A DNA stretch of 64,000 bases from Candidatus Hydrogenedentota bacterium (GCA_963674865.2 CAXXYE010000009.1:544001-608000); one strand, 5' to 3'; positions 28,743-41,076 are shown, counted from the first letter of the stretch. Notes: a model not told the origin generated them from the sequence alone. Numbers and translations are program-made.

Positions 28743-29180
28743 ATGGGTTTGATAGCTTGTCCACACTGCGGAATGCGGCGGATCGTCCGAGCCAAAGTGC
28801 CCCGCGACGTGGTTGTCGTGATACCGTGTCCCGCCTGCTATGAACTTGTCATCATGTTTCGCGACAAGGTGATCGGGCTCAAGCGGAAGATACTCGAAGA
28901 AGGTACGCTCCAGGAGAAGAAGGCGCATCTTGCCGAGGTCATCGCCGAGTTTCTCGAGCCGGGCCTGTTCGGTGCAAACTTCGACCTCTCCGGCGAACGA
29001 CTTTCCTCCTATTCCCTCGAAAAGCACACCGGAGATTCCGAGAAGGGCCAAGCCGAACCGGACGACTCGGACGAATCGGAAGACACAGCCCCCATTTCCC
29101 AGAGCGAGGTGGACAAGTTTGTCCGGATTGATCTTAAGTGCATCGATGACGCCGCCTACTTCAGGAAGCACTTCGGCTAG
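28743..29180 (+). CDS. Hypothetical protein with two CxxC motifs
   Basis: CPHC...CPAC; acidic linker. Confidence 0.7.
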   Translation: MGLIACPHCGMRRIVRAKVPRDVVVVIPCPACYELVIMFRDKVIGLKRKILEEGTLQEKKAHLAEVIAEFLEPGLFGANFDLSGERLSSYSLEKHTGDSEKGQAEPDDSDESEDTAPISQSEVDKFVRIDLKCIDDAAYFRKHFG

Positions 29181-29386
29181 GCGTACCCACCTCGCCATTC
29201 TCCCGCACAGCGTTCGGATACTTGAGAATGGCTGTGATCACCGATTGACTTCATCGCGCTCTACATACAGAACTCTGAGACTACCTGATTCTCTGAAACC
29301 TGCTCTCCCCGCCGGCTTTTTTGAACCGGCTTTCCCGCGTGTGCTAGCATTCAAAGCGAATCTGAGCGGCCTGACACGGGGTATAC

Positions 29387-31344
<1,958 letters not shown>

Positions 31345-31348
<4 letters not shown>

Positions 31349-31998
31349 GGCTAGCGGCGACGGCGGCCTTCGCGATTCTGGCGCTCGTCGGCTGTGGCGA
31401 GAAGACGGCTGCACCGCCCCCGACCACCGATGAACCTGCCCCTGCTGAAGCCATCGCCCAAGTTCGTATGGTCGATCTGGAGGGCCGCCCGCTCGCGAAC
31501 ATCATGCCCATCGCGACCGCCGCTCCCAATGCCTTTGAGGAGCCCGTCGCCCGCGGCCCACTCACCGGCGCGGACGGCGTCGCCGCTTTCGCTATGCCCA
31601 GCCGCGACCTTCTCTATATCCGCGGGTGGGACCCGACCGGCAGGATGTTCGCCAACAACTATTTCGAGGCCCACCCTCAGCAGGGCGGGCGGACTAAGCT
31701 CATGGAAATCGTCATGGTACAGGCGGCCTCGCTTGAGCTGACGCTCGTCGATGCCGCCGAGCAGCCTCTGGCCGATACAGAGGCCCGATTGATGATGTTT
31801 CACCCCGTGGAAGGTCCGTGGTGGCCCGCACAAGCCAAAACCGACGCCAACGGCCACGTCCGCTTCGCGCCCGTTCCCCCCGGCATCTACACCACTGAAG
31901 TCAGAGCCCGCGAAGGAGGCCGGATCGAGATCCCGGACGTGTCCCTGCCGCCTGGGGGAAAGGCCGCTCTCGGCGTAGTAGCTTTGGAACGAGAATAG
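31345..31998 (+). CDS. Lipoprotein with carboxypeptidase-regulatory-like domains
   Basis: Lipobox LVGC; TGADG and TDANG..F..VPPG.Y motifs. Confidence 0.7.
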
Positions 31999-32023
31999 GC
32001 GGCCACGTCCACGGATCGATCAT

Positions 32024-32052
32024 TTGACAACGACGAGAGCGCTTCCTATAAT
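32024..32052 (+). promoter_or_regulatory. Consensus sigma70 promoter of guaBA
   Basis: TTGACA-17-TATAAT. Confidence 0.85.
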
Positions 32053-32074
32053 CCGATCCCTTAAACGGCGGGCT

Positions 32075-32106
32075 GCCCTTGTGCGTGACGTGGCGGGGGC
32101 TTTTCT
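32075..32106 (+). terminator. Terminator-like hairpin in the guaB 5' leader
   Basis: GCCCTTGT...GCGGGGGC stem (with G-U pairs) followed by TTTTCT. Confidence 0.45.
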
Positions 32107-32160
32107 ATCCCGTGCCCGAGGCGCCGGGGGTGATTCAACCCAGACTGGAGGAAAGCACGG

Positions 32161-33672
32161 GTGGCGATCTTTTTCAATGAGCCGTCCCGAACGTTCAGCG
32201 AATATCTGCTCATTCCGAACAGGACGGACAAGACGTGTGTTCCGCAAAACGTCGATCTAAGCACACCCCTTGTCAAATTCGTTGCCGGTGAAGACCCGGC
32301 ACCCCTACGCATTAAGATCCCCCTGACTTCCGCGATCATGCAAGCCGTGTCCAACGACGCCCTGGCCATCGCCCTGGCGCGTTCCGGCGGACTCTCGTTT
32401 ATCTACGGTTCCCAATCTATTGAGAGCCAGGCCGAAATGGTACACCGCGTCAAGCGGTTCAAGGCGGGTTTTGTCGAGAGCAAGGCCAACCTGGGGCCGA
32501 ATCAGACGCTGCGCGATGTAATTGCCACTATCAACCGGACGGGCTATTCGACGCTTCCCGTCACCGAAGACGGCACCGCCCACGGTAAGCTCCTCGGCAT
32601 TCTCACAGGACGGGATTTTCGGCCTCATAGGGCCGATCCGGACACCCCCGTGAGCGCCGTTATGACCCCCTTCTCGAAGCTTGTCTACGCTGAGGAAGGC
32701 GCGACGCTCAGCGAAGCAAACGAGATGATCTGGAATCACAAGCTGAATTGCCTGCCCGTCATCGACAACCAGCAGCGTCTGGTTCACCTCGTCTTCCGCA
32801 AGGATTACGACGAACACAAGCAAAACCCCTACGAGAGCGTGGATGCTCACAAGCGCCTGATGGTAGGCGCGGGCATCAATACCCGCGATCACGCCGAACG
32901 GGTGCCCGCGCTGCTCGACGCCGGCGCCGATGTGCTGTGCGTGGACTCCTCCGACGGCTACACCGAATGGCAGTTCGAGGCGATCCGGTACATCAAGAAG
33001 ACTTTCGGCGACGAAGCCAAGGTCGGCGGCGGCAATGTGGTTGAAGCAGAGGGATTCCGCTATCTGGTCGAGGCCGGGGCGGATTTCGTCAAGGTCGGCA
33101 TCGGGCCGGGCTCCATCTGCATCACGCGTGAGCAGAAAGGCATTGGACGGGGGCAGGCGACGGCGGTTATCGAGGTCGCCAAGGCCCGCGACGCCTATTT
33201 CAAGGAAACGGGCATATACGTACCCATCTGCTCGGATGGCGGCATCCTGCACGACTACCACATCGTGCTCGCCCTGGCCATGGGGGCCGACTTCGTCATG
33301 CTCGGCCGCTATTTCGCCCGGTTCGACGAAAGCCCCGGCAGGAAGCTCTGGGTGCGGGGCAGTTTCATGAAGGAATACTGGGGTGAGGGTTCGGAGCGCG
33401 CCCGGAACTGGCAGCGCTACGATGTCGGCGGCGAGCAGAACCTCTCCTTCGAGGAAGGCGTCGACGCCTACGTGCCCTACGCCGGCCGGCTCAATGACAA
33501 TGTGGCCGGCTCGGTCTACAAAATGAAGTCCACCATGTGCAACTGCGGCGCCCTGACGATCCCCGATCTGCAAGAGACCGCCCGGCTGACCCTGGTATCA
33601 TCGACCAGCATCCGCGAAGGCGCCGCCCACGACGTCGTCCGCAAGGACACGGACATGACGGCCGAGCCGTAA
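32161..33672 (+). CDS. guaB: IMP dehydrogenase
   Basis: CBS pair; [22 protein letters not shown]. Confidence 0.97.
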   Translation: MAIFFNEPSRTFSEYLLIPNRTDKTCVPQNVDLSTPLVKFVAGEDPAPLRIKIPLTSAIMQAVSNDALAIALARSGGLSFIYGSQSIESQAEMVHRVKRFKAGFVESKANLGPNQTLRDVIATINRTGYSTLPVTEDGTAHGKLLGILTGRDFRPHRADPDTPVSAVMTPFSKLVYAEEGATLSEANEMIWNHKLNCLPVIDNQQRLVHLVFRKDYDEHKQNPYESVDAHKRLMVGAGINTRDHAERVPALLDAGADVLCVDSSDGYTEWQFEAIRYIKKTFGDEAKVGGGNVVEAEGFRYLVEAGADFVKVGIGPGSICITREQKGIGRGQATAVIEVAKARDAYFKETGIYVPICSDGGILHDYHIVLALAMGADFVMLGRYFARFDESPGRKLWVRGSFMKEYWGEGSERARNWQRYDVGGEQNLSFEEGVDAYVPYAGRLNDNVAGSVYKMKSTMCNCGALTIPDLQETARLTLVSSTSIREGAAHDVVRKDTDMTAEP

Positions 33673-33698
33673 GGGGCCGCTTTGAGAAGGTGAATTGC

Positions 33699-35246
33699 AT
33701 GCAACCCTCCAGCCGACCCATCATCGTCCTCGACTTCGGCGCCCAATACAGCAAGCTCATCGCCCGGCGCGTGCGCGAAGCCAACGTTTTTAGCCTGATC
33801 CTGCCCTTCAACACCCCCGTTGAGGAGATCAAGGCGCACCGGCCGGCGGGACTCATCTTCAGCGGCGGCCCATCGAGTGTTCACGCCCCAGGGGCGCCTC
33901 TGCCCGATCCCGCTGTCTTCGACTTGGGCCTTCCCATACTTGGGATCTGCTATGGAGTTCAGCTCTTCGCCCACATGCTCGGCGGGAAGGTCGAGCGCTC
34001 CGACAAACGCGAGTACGGAATCGCCCATCTCGAACATGACGACGATACCGGCTTCCTCGACGGCATGGATGCACGGACGCAAGTGTGGATGAGCCACGGC
34101 GACGCCGTCTCTGCGCTGCCCGAAGGATTCAATGTCATCGGCAAGACGGAGAACTGCCCTTACGCCGCCATTGCCAAGCCCGGCGACGGATTGTACGGCG
34201 TCCAGTTTCACCCGGAGGTCGTTCACACGCCGCAGGGCGCGCGCGTTCTGGGCAACTTCGTTCACACGATCTGCGGCTGTGCCTCGGACTGGGACATGGG
34301 ATCCTTCGTAGACATGGCCATCAGGGATATTCAGGAGCGCGTGGGCGAGCGGCGCGTTGTCTGCGCCCTCAGCGGGGGCGTCGATTCAAGCGTCGCGGCG
34401 GTCCTCATCCAGCGCGCCATCGAGGATAGGCTTACCTGCGTCTTCGTCAACAACGGACTCCTCCGCAAAGGTGAGCCGGAAATGGTGCAGCAGGTGTTCC
34501 GCGACAACTTCCATATGGATCTGCGCTATGTGGATGCCGAACAGCGCTTCCTGGACGCCTTGGCGGATGTCACGGATCCCGAAGAGAAGCGCAAGCGCAT
34601 CGGCGCGCTTTTCATCGAAGTCTTCGAGGAAGAAGCCGACCGCCTCGGCCATATGGATTTCCTCGCCCAAGGCACGCTGTATCCCGATGTTATCGAGAGT
34701 ACATCGGCAACCGGCGGGCCGTCTGCCACCATCAAGAGCCACCACAATGTGGGCGGCTTGCCTGAGCACATGCAGCTCGAACTGCTCGAGCCGCTTCGGG
34801 AACTGTTCAAGGATGAAGTCCGTGCCCTCGGCCGCGAACTAGGTTTGCCCGACGATGTCGTCAACCGCCATCCGTTTCCCGGGCCCGGGCTCGGCGTGCG
34901 GTGTATCGGCGCCGTTACGAAGGAGCGGCTGGATACCTTACGCGAGGCCGACGCCATCTTCATTGAAGAGATCCGCCAAGCCGGCCTATACGACCACATC
35001 TGGCAGGCCCTGGCTTGCCTATTGCCCGTGCGTAGCGTCGGCGTCCAGGGCGACGAGCGCACCTACGAGGAGGTCTGTTCCTTGCGCGCCGTCACCAGCG
35101 AGGACGCCATGACGGCCGATTGGTTCCGCTTCCCACCGGACGTATTGCAGCGCTCGGCCAATCGCATCTGCAACGAAATCAAACACATCAACCGCGTCCT
35201 CTACGACATCACTTCCAAGCCCCCCGGCACCATCGAGTGGGAATAG
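33699..35246 (+). CDS. guaA: GMP synthase (glutamine-hydrolyzing)
   Basis: [45 protein letters not shown] 33699. Confidence 0.98.
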   Translation: MQPSSRPIIVLDFGAQYSKLIARRVREANVFSLILPFNTPVEEIKAHRPAGLIFSGGPSSVHAPGAPLPDPAVFDLGLPILGICYGVQLFAHMLGGKVERSDKREYGIAHLEHDDDTGFLDGMDARTQVWMSHGDAVSALPEGFNVIGKTENCPYAAIAKPGDGLYGVQFHPEVVHTPQGARVLGNFVHTICGCASDWDMGSFVDMAIRDIQERVGERRVVCALSGGVDSSVAAVLIQRAIEDRLTCVFVNNGLLRKGEPEMVQQVFRDNFHMDLRYVDAEQRFLDALADVTDPEEKRKRIGALFIEVFEEEADRLGHMDFLAQGTLYPDVIESTSATGGPSATIKSHHNVGGLPEHMQLELLEPLRELFKDEVRALGRELGLPDDVVNRHPFPGPGLGVRCIGAVTKERLDTLREADAIFIEEIRQAGLYDHIWQALACLLPVRSVGVQGDERTYEEVCSLRAVTSEDAMTADWFRFPPDVLQRSANRICNEIKHINRVLYDITSKPPGTIEWE

Positions 35247-35284
35247 AGCGAAGAGCGACCTCGAGTCCCGTCCCCTGCCCCCCC

Positions 35285-35325
35285 GAAAAATCACAGAGCC
35301 CGGCACCTCATGGCGCCGGGCCCTG
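35285..35325 (-). terminator. Intrinsic terminator with U tract on the minus strand
   Basis: CAGAGCCCGGCACC/GGCGCCGGGCCCTG stem with GAAAAATCA on its left. Confidence 0.6.
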
Positions 35326-35370
35326 CGTTATCGTTTGGCTAGTACTCGCGTGTTACCCGCTACGGCCGGC

Positions 35371-35564
35371 AAGTCCTCCGTCGTTTGATCCTTTCCATTG
35401 TGGTCGGATCCATCGACGCGGTGCGAGTCACGGCGCAGCAGCTCACACGCTGCCTACTAGCGCCGGGTGTTCCCGGACTTTCCATCGACGGACCACCTCC
35501 TTTCCGCCTCACCCGAAGTATCCCGCCGGCTCCCCACGAGCCGCTTCGCCAACAGCGAGGACTT
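35371..35564 (-). ncRNA. Candidate structured RNA (GGA-rich), or the mRNA of a 41-aa ORF
   Basis: Closing stem AAGTCCTC/GAGGACTT, internal hairpins, six ANGGA motifs, upstream TTGCAA-17-TAACTT, downstream terminator. Confidence 0.35.
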
Positions 35565-35629
35565 TCTCTATTTGTAAGTTACTATGAAATTCTCAGAATT
35601 GCAAAACGAAATTGAGGATCGCCGCACCG

Positions 35630-37921
35630 TTATGCGCGGGCGGCAGGCACGAATTCGACGGCCCGGCTCTCTGTCTGCCAGAAGGCCTTCTCCACGAAGC
35701 TCGCGATAGTCCCCCGGGACATCTCCCCCTCCGGTACGGCGATGCGCGTGAACGCGCCTCCCTCGACAAGGGCATGCAGCCGGCCTTCGATACGCACCCG
35801 CTCCATCGCGCTGATACCGCTGTCCAGCCTGAGTCGAATGCCCCCCGTGTAGTGGACCTCCTGTTCCCTGGCGTCGCTTTTGACTACGTTCCCGGCTTCA
35901 TGTGGATGCTGTTGGAGATCAAGTGTCGCCAGCCTCCGGAGGACATGGGAATCATCGGTTTCTGCAACGGCAAACGCCGTGCCCTCCCGCTCGGAACACT
36001 TTTGGCAAGCGGCCTGGACACAAGCCATCACCCGCCCGCCGAGAGCCAGCGCGTCTTCGGAAACGTGCATTTCCCGCCCGGTGATGCTCTGAACACATTC
36101 GTTGAGGCCGCAGAAAGCCACCAAGTAGCGGGCTTCCCCCAGGCGCACAAAGGGCATCCCCTCACGCTCAGTGGCTAAGACGGCCAACGGGCCGATGTCG
36201 CGCAGCCCGAACAGGCGGCGGATAAAGGACTCCTTCTCGCTGTGGGCGCGCACAGCCAAAGCTACCAGGCGTTCCAGCGCCGTTAACAAAGCCTCCTCAT
36301 TCGCGGCGCTGTAAGCCAGCCGCGCCAGGTTGACGGTAACGCGATGGGCCGTGACGGGCGCGGGGCGCCAGTCCCGGGGCCCCGAGTCGCCCTCGCCTTG
36401 GCGTGCCAAGACGAAGCGAATGCCGCAGCCGTGGCAAATGGCTTCCGCCACGCGCGAGAGGAATCCCCGCGAGCCCGGCGAACGCAGAAAGGCCTCGGAG
36501 ATAGGCACAACGGGCAAGGCCCTGCCCGAGGGAAGGCCATCCGCCGCATGCCGCGCGCATAAGTCGATCACGGCCTGAGCGATCTGCTGCGATGCGTGCT
36601 CGAAGGATCCGTAATCCCTCCCCACGCCTTCACCGCGTGGCCCGATGGCCTCCCGCCGCGTCAGGTACTCCGGCGTCGTCCACGGAAGGATGATGGCAGG
36701 CGGCTCCGGGCCAATGCCGCAGCCGCCGGCGGGCCGCGCACAGGCGTCTACCAGGTGCTGCGCCGCGTCTTGCACAGCCTCCGGCGCGCTGCCCTTAACA
36801 AAAGGCGCCACATGGAGATTCGGCGCGTCCCACACCACGCCGCGCGAGAAATGCCGGGACAGCAAGGCAGCCAACTTGCCCATCTGCCCGAGAAGTCCGT
36901 TGATATCGCTGGGCGGATTGCTGACGCCCCGCGCGCCAAAGGAGGACAATCCGAACCGGGTAAGGCACTCGGGACTCAAGACTGCCTGCTCGAGACAATC
37001 CACGAGGCCGAGGTCGTGCAAGTGGAGATCCCCCCGCAGGTGCGCGTCCGCAACCTCCTGCGAAAACACCTGCGTGAGGGCAAATTCCTTTTTGACGCGC
37101 TCCGCGAGAATACGATTCGTCCCGGCGGGATCGTACATCGAGTCGGACGCATCGCGATTGGGCGTGCAGATCAGCGATTCCGCGTCGTACAGCGGCACGC
37201 CAAGCCGCATGTGGCGGCGGCGGTACTCTTCGAGGCCTCGCTCCACCAGCTTGGCATCCACGAGTTCCCGAACAAGCGGCGCCGTCAAGCTCTTCACGCC
37301 CGCCGCCCGAATCTGCTCCTCAACCTCCTCGGCGATGCGCTCCGCCGCCTCCGCCTCAAGGCCCGTCTCCGTGATCAGGGCTGATACTATGCGTTGGCGA
37401 TCCCATTCCGCGAGTGTTTCGTGACTTGTGCGCACAAGCGCCGGGCCGCCCCCCAACGCGTCGAGGGCTTCCCGCTCCCACGGCCCGCCATTCGCGTCCG
37501 TTAGGAAAGCGCGCGTGTCCCCCGCCCGGAGGCGGCGCATGCGCGAACGCTTATCCCGGTAGCGCGCATACGCCAGAGCGGTCTTCGCGTGTCCCATTTC
37601 GATGAGGACGTTCTCGACTGCGTCGCTCACCTGCTCGACGGTGGGCGCGTCGCCCCCAAACGTCTTGGCCAGGTAGATGGCCACGCCTGAGGCAAGTCCC
37701 TCCGCCCTGTCGTGATCCTCGCCGCCGATGGCCTGCGCGGCCCGGAAGATCGTGCCCGCAATCTTCCCCACCTCGAAGGGCACGCGCCGGCCATCGCGCT
37801 TGACGACGGTGCGCACCGGCTGAGGCGCCGCGGCCCAAGGCAGGGAAAGCTGGAAATCGAAAACGCCTTCCCGTGCCGCGCCGGCAAGATCGTCATGTCG
37901 GTGCTCTTCTGGGGGCGTCAT
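35630..37921 (-). CDS. NrdD-like class III ribonucleotide reductase homolog with two ATP cones, lacking catalytic and glycyl-radical motifs
   Basis: VVKRDG ATP cone; second cone WDRQRI...LTAPLVRELV; GDLHLHDLG, VTVNLARLAY, GLNECVQ; no finger-loop Cys, no C-terminal CxxC or RxxGY. Confidence 0.8.
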   Translation of the reverse strand: MTPPEEHRHDDLAGAAREGVFDFQLSLPWAAAPQPVRTVVKRDGRRVPFEVGKIAGTIFRAAQAIGGEDHDRAEGLASGVAIYLAKTFGGDAPTVEQVSDAVENVLIEMGHAKTALAYARYRDKRSRMRRLRAGDTRAFLTDANGGPWEREALDALGGGPALVRTSHETLAEWDRQRIVSALITETGLEAEAAERIAEEVEEQIRAAGVKSLTAPLVRELVDAKLVERGLEEYRRRHMRLGVPLYDAESLICTPNRDASDSMYDPAGTNRILAERVKKEFALTQVFSQEVADAHLRGDLHLHDLGLVDCLEQAVLSPECLTRFGLSSFGARGVSNPPSDINGLLGQMGKLAALLSRHFSRGVVWDAPNLHVAPFVKGSAPEAVQDAAQHLVDACARPAGGCGIGPEPPAIILPWTTPEYLTRREAIGPRGEGVGRDYGSFEHASQQIAQAVIDLCARHAADGLPSGRALPVVPISEAFLRSPGSRGFLSRVAEAICHGCGIRFVLARQGEGDSGPRDWRPAPVTAHRVTVNLARLAYSAANEEALLTALERLVALAVRAHSEKESFIRRLFGLRDIGPLAVLATEREGMPFVRLGEARYLVAFCGLNECVQSITGREMHVSEDALALGGRVMACVQAACQKCSEREGTAFAVAETDDSHVLRRLATLDLQQHPHEAGNVVKSDAREQEVHYTGGIRLRLDSGISAMERVRIEGRLHALVEGGAFTRIAVPEGEMSRGTIASFVEKAFWQTESRAVEFVPAARA

Positions 37922-38227
37922 GCCCTGTAGTCCCTCCTAGAAAAGAGCGGGCACAACCACGGTGAATCACGGAAATACCGTGATTTTGCAGGTTGCCTCC
38001 GCATGAACGCAGGTTCGCAGCCTCCGCCGGGCCGCATCGCCGGGGACGGCCCATTGCGGACACGCCCGCAGTCTATCCAAGCGTACTGGCGCAAGACAAG
38101 TCCCAAATGCGAATATGTTCCTGGTAGACGACTGCGAAATGGGCGATTTGCCGATTGTGTTTACCCACATGGGGGCTGGCCGTGGCGGCAACCGGAGCCG
38201 AGACGACCAGCAAGAGGAGGGGATGCG

Positions 38228-38899
38228 ATGTCAAAGAGTACGCTGTGGTTGGCCTTCGTGGTGATGGCGATGGCGGGCTGCGTTTCCAGCAACAGGTATG
38301 GCTCGGCGACGAAGGAACCGGCACGCCCGGCCGCGATCCGGCTTTTCAATGGCGAGGACTTCACCGGGTGGAAGCTGTTCCTACCTGACGAGCAGGCCGC
38401 TCCCGAGGCCACGTGGGCCGTACGCGACCACGCCATCTGCTGCACCGGCACGCCGACGGGCTATCTTCGGACGCTCAGGCCCTACGCCGACTATCGGCTT
38501 CGCTTCGAGTGGCGTTGGCCCTCCGGGAAGGGAGGCAACAGCGGCGTCCTGCTTCATATCCAGGCCCCTGACAAAGTCTGGCCGAAAAGCATCGAATCCC
38601 AGTTGCAGCACGAAAACGGCGGCGATTTCTACGTCATTGGAGGAACGACCTTCAAGGAGCACGTCAACAAAGAGGAACGCCGCGTGGCGAAACGGCACAC
38701 CTCGAACGAGAAGCCCCTTGGCGAGTGGAACACGAAGGAGATTGTGTGCCAAGGAGACAGCATCACCGTCTACGTGAACGGCCGCCTTCAGAACCAGGCC
38801 ACCGAGGCTACCGTCTCCGAGGGATACATCGGATTCCAGAGCGAGGGCACCCCCATCGAGTTCCGCAACATCACCCTCGAACTTCTGCCGGCGTCATAG
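38228..38899 (+). CDS. DUF1080 / 3-keto-disaccharide hydrolase family lipoprotein
   Basis: Lipobox MAGC; LFNGEDFTGW, GNSGV, GEWN, IGFQSEG, FRNI. Confidence 0.9.
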   Translation: MSKSTLWLAFVVMAMAGCVSSNRYGSATKEPARPAAIRLFNGEDFTGWKLFLPDEQAAPEATWAVRDHAICCTGTPTGYLRTLRPYADYRLRFEWRWPSGKGGNSGVLLHIQAPDKVWPKSIESQLQHENGGDFYVIGGTTFKEHVNKEERRVAKRHTSNEKPLGEWNTKEIVCQGDSITVYVNGRLQNQATEATVSEGYIGFQSEGTPIEFRNITLELLPAS

Positions 38900-39037
38900 C
38901 ATCGAGCAGGTTGCCCGAGGCGCGCCCATGGATGCCTGAACCACCTTGCCCCCGGACGTCGTCCGGGCCTTGCGGCTCCCGGCCTTACGGCGTATTATCG
39001 AAGGAGTCTTCCCCGACAAAGGAGCGAGCGTGACACT

Positions 39038-40248
39038 ATGATCCGCAATCGCATACCGGGATGCATCCTCCTTCTAGCCGGCCTTGCCGCTCTTCTCAAC
39101 GGCTGCACAACAGTGGCCATAACGGCCGCGCTTCTGCCGGCATACGCGATAACGGTGCCGCTGGCACCGTTTGCGGCCGCCAGAGCGATAACTGCGGAGC
39201 GTGACGGCCCACAAGCGCATGCTTCATGCCGGACGGCAAGAGCATTTTGGCCGTATATCGCCAGTGGCCTTATCAACACCTCTACATCGTGTCTGAGAAT
39301 GGACAGTCTTGTCGGCAATTGACTCACGGCAAGCGCTTCGACTTCGACCCCGTGATCTCTCCGGATGGCTCCATGATTGCCTTCTGCTCAAGCGCCGGAC
39401 TTCGCCCGCATTGCAGGGCTAGGGCCAACATTTGTCTGATCAACGTGGACGGCGACGGACTCCGGCAGATCAAGACAGCAGACGCCCAGAGCGACGTGAT
39501 GCCGGAGTTTTCCCACGATGGCGCCGAGATCGTGTTTGCCTCCTCCAGAGATGGCCACTCGTCGCACATCTTCGCCGTGAATGTCGACGGAACCGGCTTG
39601 AGGCAACTTACCTCTCAGGAGGACTGCCTTGATGCTTTCCCGCGGTTTCTGCTGGGAGATGAGCGCGTTGTCTTCGCCCGCGCCACGTGGTTTGGCCATT
39701 GCTCCCCTATCGCCGCCTCTGAATGGCACAATTTCGATTTCTTTGCCGTCCCTCGCTATGGCGGCCCACCCAGCCAACTGTCCAGCTTCAACGCGTACCG
39801 CATGTCCAACGTGACGTGGTCGCCCAACGAAGACTATGTCGTGTGCGGCGGAACGCTGGTTGTCGCCGAGGACGATGGACACCTTCTCGCGGAAACCGAG
39901 ACAGATGCTACCGAGAGCGTCGGCCCGCTGAAGTCGCCCAGCTTCTCTCCCGACGGCACAGCCATTCTCTTCGCCATGGAGGAGTCCTGCGAGTCCGGCC
40001 GCTCGTGGTACGAGCTGCACATCATGGACATCGAGACGCGCCATGCGCGACAGATTACGGCGTTCAGAGATTTCTTCGACGCACGGGATGTCCTAATCGA
40101 TAGTGCCCGGTTCGCGCCGGATGGTACGCGAATCATCTTCCGCATGATCCCGAATCCGGACAGTCAGCGGGAAGAATCCCAGTTATGGATCGTAGATGCC
40201 GATGGGACAAATCCACGCCGCATCGAGATCGTATCTCGCGGCGCGTAA
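39038..40248 (+). pseudogene. TolB/PD40 beta-propeller lipoprotein split by a frameshift at about 39205-39222
   Basis: Signal peptide and lipobox LNGC in frame 39038; PD40 repeats (FMPDGKSI, ISPDGSMI, FSHDG, FSPDG, FAPDG) in frame 39226. Confidence 0.7.
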
Positions 40249-40377
40249 TCCGGGAAGCAGGTAAGTCTACTGCGGACAGAAGAGGAAGAACGAAGTCGGC
40301 CGAAGTGGACATACGCGAAGGACAAGTGAATTCGAAAGCTCACGGCGAATGAGTCTAACTGGAGAGAACACGCTGGG

Positions 40378-41076
40378 ATGAAGAAATGTGCATCAAGGTC
40401 ATATGGATGGAACGGCTACACCTATGTGGCAGGCAACGCGCCCACGGATCTTCTGGAGATGCTCAGGCATATTGCCGATTTCTGGAACGAGGGCGCTCCC
40501 GGATGGGCGCCGGAGAAAGCCACGGAGTCACTCCAGAGGACGGACTTCCTCCGTATGGTGCAGTTGGCGGAGGAAATCCCGACGTGGTTTGCCGACGACA
40601 GTCCAAGCAAAGGACAACAGTTGCTCGCCTGGGTGACGCTTGGGACGCTAGCAGAGAGCATCCTCCGGTGGTTTCTCTCAATCTATGAACGTGATTACAG
40701 ACGTGCTCCGCTGTTTTGTGTGAGCAGCGAGATCCCACCAGAGGGCGTCTTCTTTCATAGGCTGATAGACTATTTCGACGAATATATCTGGGCCGAGGAA
40801 GATCGTTCTGCCAAGTGCACTGCCGGCCACGCCAAGAGCGAGATGACAGGCCTACTCCACACTATCCGCGAGCAAAGAAATGCTATCCACTGCGGCAAGA
40901 CTAGATTGGCGTCTTGGGAGAAGTGGCGGGCCTGTGTGGAGAAGTTCTTGGTGCTAGTGTGCGAACTGGAAGGCCGTGTTCCATATCCCGACGATCATGT
41001 CGCGTTCCCTGCATCCGTCTCAAAGATCTGCGGGCACTATTGGGCAAAGTCCATGAGAATCGCAAGATCTCGATAA
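40378..41076 (+). CDS. Hypothetical protein, HEPN-like
   Basis: Helical pattern with LGTLAESIL and REQRNAIH; composition looks less GC-rich than neighbours. Confidence 0.5.
   Translation: MKKCASRSYGWNGYTYVAGNAPTDLLEMLRHIADFWNEGAPGWAPEKATESLQRTDFLRMVQLAEEIPTWFADDSPSKGQQLLAWVTLGTLAESILRWFLSIYERDYRRAPLFCVSSEIPPEGVFFHRLIDYFDEYIWAEEDRSAKCTAGHAKSEMTGLLHTIREQRNAIHCGKTRLASWEKWRACVEKFLVLVCELEGRVPYPDDHVAFPASVSKICGHYWAKSMRIARSR

Noticed and set aside
32305..33573. Long antisense and alternative-frame ORFs (also 1745-2830, 56759-57739, 58448-59386 and others)
   Set aside because: Shadow ORFs of well-supported genes in high-GC DNA, with no recognisable motifs.
35471..35484. RNase P RNA (GGAAAGTCCGGG on the minus strand)
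   Set aside because: The complementary 3' conserved region (ACAGAA...GGCTTA) is absent and the unit is too short.
35490..35504. 16S rRNA 3' end (GGACCACCTCCTTTC)
   Set aside because: No flanking rRNA sequence; better read as a Shine-Dalgarno on the opposite strand.
38109..38121. LexA or NrdR box upstream of the NrdD-like gene (CGAATATGTTC)
   Set aside because: Spacing does not fit GAAC-N4-GTTC and it does not match the NrdR consensus.
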